Shown here piece after piece: positions 57,145 to 64,000 of a DNA stretch of 64,000 nucleotides (the first letter of the stretch is position 1; every line of letters begins with the position of its first letter). The notes beneath the pieces are model-generated. The model had not been told where the DNA came from. It did not search any database and worked only from the letters and a program-made list of their open reading frames with translations. The position numbers were made by a program, and so were the translations under genes. Source of the DNA: Alphaproteobacteria bacterium (GTDB taxonomy: Bacteria; Pseudomonadota; Alphaproteobacteria; MPNO01); the NCBI GenBank assembly GCA_964291675.2, contig OZ219865.1, positions 672,001 to 736,000 on the forward strand, written 5' to 3'.

Positions 57145-58509
57145 ATGACCGTCGCCCTGCTGTTCGGCCTCGTCATCCTGCTGATGGTGATCGGCGTCCC
57201 GGTGGCGGTCTCGCTCGGGCTCTCCAGCATCCTGTTCCTGGTGCTCCACTCGGACGGCTCGCTCGCCTCCATCGCGCAGACCCTGTTCTCGGCCTTCGAC
57301 GGGCATTACACGCTGCTCGCCATCCCGTTCTTCATCCTCGCCTCGACCTTCATGTCGACCGGCGGGGTGGCACGGCGCATCATCCGCTTCGCCATCGCGC
57401 TGGTCGGCCACATCAAGGGCGGGCTCGCCATCGCCTCGGTGGTCGCCTGCATGATGTTCGCCGCGCTGTCGGGCTCCTCGCCGGCGACGGTGATCGCCAT
57501 CGGCTCGATCGTGATCGCCGGCATGCGCGAGGTCGGCTACTCGAAGGAGTTCGCCGCCGGCGTGATCTGCAACGCCGGCACGCTCGGCATATTGATCCCG
57601 CCCTCCATAGTCATGGTGGTGTACGCCGCGGCGACCGACGTCTCGGTCGGGCGCATGTTCCTCGCCGGCATCCTGCCCGGCATCGTCGCCGGGCTGATGC
57701 TGATGGCGGGGATCTACGTCACCGCGCGCCTCCGCGGCCTGCCGTCGCAGCCCTGGGCGGGCTGGCGCGAGCTGTTCGAATCGGCGCGCGATGCGTTCTG
57801 GGGGCTGCTGCTGATCTTCATCATCCTGGGCGGCATCTATGGCGGGGTGTTCACCCCGACCGAGGCCGCCGCGGTCGCCGCCGTCTACGCCTTCCTGATC
57901 GCCAACTTCGTCTATCGCGACATGGGGCCCTTCGCCGAGGCCGGACCGAGGGGGCTCGCGCTGGCCACGCGCACGGTCGCCGTGCTCTGGCACCCGGACA
58001 CGAAGAAGACCCTGCTCGAAGGCGGCAAGCTCACCGTCACGCTGATGTTCATCATCGCCAACGCGCTGATCCTCAAGCACGTGCTGACCGAGGAGCGGAT
58101 CCCGCAGGACATCGCCGAGGCGATGCTCGCCGCCGGGCTCGGGCCGATCCTGTTCCTGGTGGTGGTCAACGTGCTGCTGCTGATCGGCGGTCAGTTCATG
58201 GAGCCGTCGGGGCTGCTGATCATCGTCGCGCCGCTGGTCTTCCCGATCGCCATCGAGCTCGGCATAGACCCGATCCATCTCGGGATCATCATGGTGGTCA
58301 ACATGGAGATCGGGATGATCACCCCGCCGGTCGGGCTGAATCTGTTCGTGACCGCGGGCGTCGCCTCGATGTCGGTGATGGACGTGGTGCGCGCGGCTCT
58401 CCCCTGGGTCGGCATCATGTTCGCGTTCCTGATCCTGGTGACCTACGTGCCGTGGATCTCGACCTGGATCCCGATCGCCCTGATGGGGCCGGAGATCATC
58501 ACCAGGTAG
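57145..58509 (+). CDS. dctM: TRAP large permease
   Basis: LLAIPFF, LGILIPPSI, FTPTEAA, ITPPVGLNLFV. Confidence 0.95.
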   Translation: MTVALLFGLVILLMVIGVPVAVSLGLSSILFLVLHSDGSLASIAQTLFSAFDGHYTLLAIPFFILASTFMSTGGVARRIIRFAIALVGHIKGGLAIASVVACMMFAALSGSSPATVIAIGSIVIAGMREVGYSKEFAAGVICNAGTLGILIPPSIVMVVYAAATDVSVGRMFLAGILPGIVAGLMLMAGIYVTARLRGLPSQPWAGWRELFESARDAFWGLLLIFIILGGIYGGVFTPTEAAAVAAVYAFLIANFVYRDMGPFAEAGPRGLALATRTVAVLWHPDTKKTLLEGGKLTVTLMFIIANALILKHVLTEERIPQDIAEAMLAAGLGPILFLVVVNVLLLIGGQFMEPSGLLIIVAPLVFPIAIELGIDPIHLGIIMVVNMEIGMITPPVGLNLFVTAGVASMSVMDVVRAALPWVGIMFAFLILVTYVPWISTWIPIALMGPEIITR

Positions 58510-58581
58510 GCCTGCTCGCCGGGGCCCGAACGGTCCTCGCGGCCCTGCCCCAGCGCGTAGCAGGCGCGCCGGCGCGGCTAG

Positions 58582-60258
58582 CCCGGATTTCTCAAGGGAC
58601 TGCTGCATCGGGGCTCCGGATCTGGGATAATGCTTTTTGCAACAAAGGCTTATCCCGGACCGGAGGAAGTCCCCGATGCCCACACACTGTAACCCGGATC
58701 TGTTCGGTTTTGCACCCGTAGAGGACCGTTCGGTGGTCGCCGCGTTCGATGGCGGGGCGATGACGTCTGACGCCGGGGCGCTGCTGCTCGGCGCCGCCGA
58801 TCGGGCGGTTGGGCTGATCGACCGCTTCGCCGCCTGCTTCGTGGATCACCGCGACGGGCGGCTGATCGAACACGAGCTGCGCGGCCTGGTGGGCCAGCGG
58901 GTGTTCGGCATCGCGCTGGGCTACGAGGATCTGATCGATCACGATACGCTGCGCCACGATCCGGTGATGGCGGTTCTGGCCGGCAAGTTGCGGGCGAAAC
59001 GGCGGGGCTGCGCAGCGCAGGCCGGCAAGTCGACGCTGAACCGGCTGGAGCTCGGCGGCTCGCAACCGGGGCTGTATCACAAGATCGGCCATCGCCCGGC
59101 GGCGATCGAGGCTGTGTTCGTGGAGCAGTTCGTGGCGGCGCAGCGCAGGCCGCCGGCGCGGATCGTGCTGGACCTGGACGCCGCCGACGATCCGTTGCAC
59201 GGGCAGCAGGAGGGGCGCTTCTTCCACGGCTATTACGACGCCTGGTGCTACCTGCCGCTGTACATCTTCTGCGGCCGGCATCTGCTGGCCGCCAAGCTGC
59301 GGCGCGCGAACATCGACGCCTCGGCGGGCGCGGTCGACGAGGTGGCGCGGATCGTCGGCCAGCTGCGCCGGCACTGGCCGCGTGTGCGCATCCTGCTGCG
59401 GGCGGATGCGGGGTTCGCCCGCGAGGCGTTGATGGGCTGGTGCGAGGCCAACGGGGTCGACTACCTGTTCGGCCTGGCGCGCAATCCCCGGCTGGCGGCG
59501 GCGCTTGAGGGGGCGCTGGCGGCAGCGCGGGGCGCGGCCGAGGCGAAGGGCCGGCCGGCCCGGCGCTACCGGGACTTCCTGTGGTCGACCCGCGACAGCC
59601 GGTCGCGCCGGCGCCGAGCCTGCCCCCGCGAAGGCGGGGGTCGGCAAGGCGGAGTGGACCGGCGGCAAGGCCAATCCGCGCTTCGTGGTGACCTCGCTGG
59701 GGCCCGCAGAGGCGCGCTGCCGCCGGCTCTACGAGACGCTGTACTGCGCCCGCGGCGAGATGGAGAACCGGATCAAGGAATGCCAGCTCGACCTGTTCGC
59801 CGACCGCACATCGGCCGGTACCATGCGCGCCAACCAGCTCCGGCTGTGGTTCGCCTCGATGGCCTATGTGCTGCTCTGCGCGCTGCGCCGGATCGGCCTG
59901 GCCAATACCCGCCTCGCCAGGGCAAGCTGCGGCTCGATCCGGCTCAAGCTGCTGAAGATCGCCGCCCTGGTGCGCATCAGCGTGCGGCGGATCAAGCTCG
60001 CCATGGCCTCGACCTGTCCCTACCAGAGAGAGTTCCAGACCGCCCACGCCCGATTATCCGCCGCCGCGGCGTAAGCGGCCCAACCGAACCCGTCCCACCA
60101 ACAGCACAGGAACAGCACCGGACAGACCACCCGCCAAGAAGCGGGCGATGCGACGCGCCTCGAACCCGCCGCCCCGGCTCAGTCCTCGACGTCTCCGATC
60201 CAGACGCAAAAGCCCCGCCGACATTCACCGTCTCGTGACAGGGTTTGAGAAGTCCGGG
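58582..60258 (+). mobile_element. IS1380-family insertion sequence, copy 1 (1677 bp)
   Basis: Terminal IRs CCCGGATTTCTCAA / TTGAGAAGTCCGGG, flanked by CTAG on both sides. Confidence 0.95.
58676..60074 (+). pseudogene. IS1380 transposase, frameshifted at ~59618-59640
   Basis: FDGGAMTSDAG, GYED, LDLDA..DPLHGQQE, LRADAGF, then RGEMENRIKE in the +1 frame. Confidence 0.9.
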
Positions 60259-60262
60259 CTAG

Positions 60263-60352
60263 GGCAGTCGACGAGACTTGGCCCGGCACGTGCTCACAGG
60301 CCTCGAAGGGGCCAGCCGGAAGGTCGCCCAAGGCGTCGAGGTCGGCCGCCGC
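60263..60352 (-). pseudogene. IS21-family IstA transposase fragment
   Basis: ADLDALGDLPAGPFEACEHVPGQVSSTAL resembles the IstA LP..PF.AC....VSS.AL segment; cut at the IS1380 end. Confidence 0.55.
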
Positions 60353-60523
60353 CGCCGCCTCGCCCTGCTCCAGCGCGGCGAGCCGCTCCGGGCACCACCC
60401 CAAGTCGGGGCAGTGATTCAGATGTTGTGAATGAGGACACCGCCTTGCCGGGATACAACAAGCGTGCTACGGTCAGCGTGGTGGGGTGGAACATTCCGCT
60501 CTCGTAATGGGAGAGGATAACCC

Positions 60524-60913
60524 ATGAAAACTCCTGCATTCTTATCACCATATGTTGAGGGAAATTCTCTGACACGTCTCTTTCAAGGGTTGGCCGCGGG
60601 TGTGGTGGCCACCTTGATCATCGGCTTTTCTTGGGGCGGATGGGTTCTCGGCAGCACGGCCGCCGAAAGGGCCGAAATGGCGGCCCAAACCGCAATGGTC
60701 CAGGCATTGGCCCCGATTTGCGCCGCGAGATTCGAGAAGGCCGCCAATGCCGAAAACGGCATGGTCGCCGAATTCGCCGAGGTCGACTCGTGGCAACGCG
60801 ACAGCCATCTGATGAAAGCCGGCTGGGCGACTTTCCCCGGTGCGGTGAAGCCAGACAACGATGTGGCTGAGGCCTGTGCCAAATTGCTTATCACGTCGCT
60901 TAAAATCAAATAG
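60524..60913 (+). CDS. Hypothetical membrane-anchored protein (cargo)
   Basis: GGAGAGGA RBS; TM GFSWGGWV, two Cys (PIC, EAC), GWATFPG; lower GC. Confidence 0.8.
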   Translation: MKTPAFLSPYVEGNSLTRLFQGLAAGVVATLIIGFSWGGWVLGSTAAERAEMAAQTAMVQALAPICAARFEKAANAENGMVAEFAEVDSWQRDSHLMKAGWATFPGAVKPDNDVAEACAKLLITSLKIK

Positions 60914-61112
60914 GCCGATCACGACCGGCTCTTAGCGCTAACGGCCCCTTGCCAATTGCGGGGGCGGAGACGGCGGCGCGGACAGCGCGCCTTAGGGCGT
61001 TACGCTTGGCCAAAGAGAAGGCGGATGCCGCCAAGGCGGCGGCGGATACGCGGAAACCCTGGCGGCTTCCGCAAGCGCTCATGCACGGATAGAACCCTTC
61101 GGAGTCAGAACG

Positions 61113-61205
61113 ATGACATTTGGCAACAAGCTGTATTGGTGTTCGCTGATCTCCGTCCTGTGTGCGATCGCGGTCATGGTTGGCCTCGCCATCGTCGTCT
61201 CTTGA
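61113..61205 (+). CDS. 30-aa single-TM peptide (cargo)
   Basis: GGAG RBS; MTFGNKLYWCSLISVLCAIAVMVGLAIVVS*. Confidence 0.5.
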   Translation: MTFGNKLYWCSLISVLCAIAVMVGLAIVVS

Positions 61206-61210
61206 GCTAG

Positions 61211-62759
61211 CCCGGATTTCTCAAGGGACTGCTGCATCGGGGCTCCGGATCTGGGATAATGCTTTTTGCAACAAAGGCTTATCCCGGACCGGAGGAAGTC
61301 CCCGATGCCCACACACTGTAACCCGGATCTGTTCGGTTTTGCACCCGTAGAGGACCGTTCGGTGGTCGCCGCGTTCGATGGCGGGGCGATGACGTCTGAC
61401 GCCGGGGCGCTGCTGCTCGGCGCCGCCGATCGGGCGGTTGGGCTGATCGACCGCTTCGCCGCCTGCTTCGTGGATCACCGCGACGGGCGGCTGATCGAAC
61501 ACGAGCTGCGCGGCCTGGTGGGCCAGCGGGTGTTCGGCATCGCGCTGGGCTACGAGGATCTGATCGATCACGATACGCTGCGCCACGATCCGGCGATGGC
61601 GGTTCTGGCCGGCAAGTTGCGGGCGAAACGGCGGGGCTGCGCAGAGCAGGCCGCCGGCGCGGATCGTGCTGGACCTGGACGCCACCGACGATCCGTTGCA
61701 CGGGCAGCAGGAGGGGCGCTTCTTCCACGGCTATTACGACGCCTGGTGCTACCTGCCGCTGTACATCTTCTGCGGCCGGCATCTGCTGGCCGCCAAGCTG
61801 CGGCGCGCGAACATCGACGCCTCGGCGGGCGCGGTCGACGAGGTGGCGCGGATCGTCGGCCAGCTGCGCCGGCACTGGCCGCGTGTGCGCATCCTGCTGC
61901 GGGCGGATGCGGGGTTCGCCCGCGAGGCGTTGATGGGCTGGTGCGAGGCCAACGGGGTCGACTACCTGTTCGGCCTGGCGCGCAATCCCCGGCTGGCGGC
62001 GGCGCTTGAGGGGGCGCTGGCGGCGGCGCGGGGCGCGGCCGAGGCGAAGGGCCGGCCGGCCCGGCGCTACCGGGACTGCCTGTGGTCGACCCGCGACAGC
62101 CGGTCGCGCCGGCGCCGAGCCTGCCCCCGCGAAGGCGGGGGTCGGCAAGGCGGAGTGGACCGGCGGCAAGGCCAATCCGCGCTTCGTGGTGACCTCGCTG
62201 GGGCCCGCAGAGGCGCGCTGCCGCCGGCTCTACGAGACGCTGTACTGCGCCCGCGGCGAGATGGAGAACCGGATCAAGGAATGCCAGCTCGACCTGTTCG
62301 CCGACCGCACATCGGCCGGTACCATGCGCGCCAACCAGCTCCGGCTGTGGTTCGCCTCGATGGCCTATGTGCTGCTCTGCGCGCTGCGCCGGATCGGCCT
62401 GGCCAATACCCGCCTCGCCAGGGCAAGCTGCGGCTCGATCCGGCTCAAGCTGCTGAAGATCGCCGCCCTGGTGCGCATCAGCGTGCGGCGGATCAAGCTC
62501 GCCATGGCCTCGACCTGTCCCTACCAGAGAGAGTTCCAGACCGCCCACGCCCGATTATCCGCCGCCGCGGCGTAAGCGGCCCAACCGAACCCGTCCCACC
62601 AACAGCACAGGAACAGCACCGGACAGACCACCCGCCAAGAAGCGGGCGATGCGACGCGCCTCGAACCCGCCGCCCCGGCTCAGTCCTCGACGTCTCCGAT
62701 CCAGACGCAAAAGCCCCGCCGACATTCACCGTCTCGTGACAGGGTTTGAGAAGTCCGGG
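61211..62759 (+). mobile_element. IS1380-family insertion sequence, copy 2 (1549 bp, 128-bp internal deletion)
   Basis: Same IRs and CTAG flanks; near-identical to copy 1. Confidence 0.95.
61305..62575 (+). pseudogene. IS1380 transposase, deleted and frameshifted
   Basis: Split across three ORFs; deletion at ~61639-61653, hairpin insert at 62119-62140. Confidence 0.9.
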
Positions 62760-63743
62760 CTAGGCGAGGTTGAGGATGACCTTGCCGCGCACCCTGCGGT
62801 CGCGAATCACGTCGAACGCCGCCACGTAATCGGCCATCGGGAAGCTGGCCTGGACCGGGATCGCGATCCTGCCCTCGCGGTAGAGGTCGAAGATCTCCCC
62901 CTGCACGCGGCGCACCCAGGCCGGGTCGCGGTCGCGATAGGCCGCCCAGTTCACGCCGGTGACCGCGATCACCTTCAACAGCGCGTAGTTGGTCCTGAAG
63001 GACGGGATCTCGCCGCTGGTGAAGCCGACGACCACGGCCCTGCCGCCGAAATCGAGGGCGCGGAGGGCGCCGTCGAACACCGCGCCGCCGACGCTCTCGA
63101 TCACCACGTCGACCGCGCCGCAGGCCGCGCGCACCTGCTCGCGGATCGTCTCGCGCGGGTTCCCGGCGCCGAGGTCGACGACGTGATCGGCGCCGTTCTC
63201 CAGCGCGACCCCGGCCTTCGACATCGTGGTCACCCCGGCGAGAACGGTGCAGCCGAACGCCTTGGCGAGCTGGATGGCGGCGATCCCGACGCTGCCGGTC
63301 GCCGCGGTGACCAGCACGCGCTCGCCCTTCCCGACCCCGGCGCGGGCGACCAGCGCGAAATGCGCGGTCTGGTAGGCGATGCCGACCGCCGCGGCCTCGT
63401 CGAACCCCATGCCGTCCGGTATCGGGAAGCAGTGATCGGCCGCGACCGCCAGCTTCTCCGCATAGGTGCCCCATTCGACCTGCACCATCACCCTGTCGCC
63501 GACCGACAGCTCGTCCACGCCGTCGCCGACGGCCGCGACCGCTCCCGCCCCCTCCTTGCCGGGCACGAAGGGGTGCGGCGGGATGATCTGGTACTTGCCC
63601 TCGATCACCAGCAGGTCGGGGAAGTTGACCGCCGCCGCCCGCATGTCGACCAGCACCTCGCCGCTTCCGGGCACCGGATCGGGCAGGTCCTCCGTCGTCA
63701 GCTCTTCGGGCGGGCCGACGGCCCTGGCGACGATCGCGCGCAT
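62760..63743 (-). CDS. NADPH:quinone oxidoreductase family (MDR)
   Basis: VNFPDLL..EGKYQ, PFVPGKE, AATGSVG, GKVIL; stop TAG lies in the IS target CTAG. Confidence 0.93.
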   Translation of the reverse strand: MRAIVARAVGPPEELTTEDLPDPVPGSGEVLVDMRAAAVNFPDLLVIEGKYQIIPPHPFVPGKEGAGAVAAVGDGVDELSVGDRVMVQVEWGTYAEKLAVAADHCFPIPDGMGFDEAAAVGIAYQTAHFALVARAGVGKGERVLVTAATGSVGIAAIQLAKAFGCTVLAGVTTMSKAGVALENGADHVVDLGAGNPRETIREQVRAACGAVDVVIESVGGAVFDGALRALDFGGRAVVVGFTSGEIPSFRTNYALLKVIAVTGVNWAAYRDRDPAWVRRVQGEIFDLYREGRIAIPVQASFPMADYVAAFDVIRDRRVRGKVILNLA

Positions 63744-63823
63744 GCTGAAACTCCTTGTGGTCGAACCCGAAGGGACCCATGTTTGGCGAGCCGGTCCCGG
63801 CCGGGACCGAAATGGAGGGGCCC

Positions 63824-64000
63824 ATGTTAGTCGGCGTACCCCGGGAGATTAAGACCGAAGAACATCGCGTCGGCATGACTCTGGGCGCGGTGCGGGAGCT
63901 GGTCCGCGCCGGGCAGGAGGTGATCGTCGAGACCGGCGCCGCGCACCGGATCGGCATCGACGACGAGGACTATGTCGCGGCCGGCGCGCGGATCGCCGCC
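63824..64000 (+). CDS. ald: Alanine dehydrogenase, 5' part (truncated by window edge)
   Basis: MLVGVPREIKTEEHRVGMT...VIVETGA...DEDYVAAGARI. Confidence 0.85.
   Translation, partial: MLVGVPREIKTEEHRVGMTLGAVRELVRAGQEVIVETGAAHRIGIDDEDYVAAGARIAA

Overview
GC-rich bacterial chromosome segment, most likely an alphaproteobacterium (inferred from the NDUFS4-like ETC complex I subunit, Rrf2-sufBCDSUT-iscA operon, TRAP transporters and alpha-type REP hairpins). It is mostly catabolic and housekeeping genes, with two tRNAs (Arg-TCT, Pro-TGG) and two type II toxin-antitoxin pairs. The main accessory feature is a ~7.4 kb integrated element (7171-14600) inserted in the last codons of iscA/sufA. It is bounded by a 9-bp direct repeat and paired inverted integrase arm-type sites. 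It encodes a P4-like tyrosine integrase, an HK97-like major capsid protein, a prohead protease, a short divergent portal and five orphan ORFs. No terminase, primase or tail gene is recognisable, so it is a candidate minimal capsid-forming phage satellite. Other notable items: an IS1380-bounded probable composite transposon whose two transposases share a hairpin-induced frameshift, a 260-bp duplication of a dctP 3' end around a DUF1640-like gene, several small ORFs missed by the ORF track, and a degenerate cysNC. All family assignments come from motif recognition by eye, not database searches.
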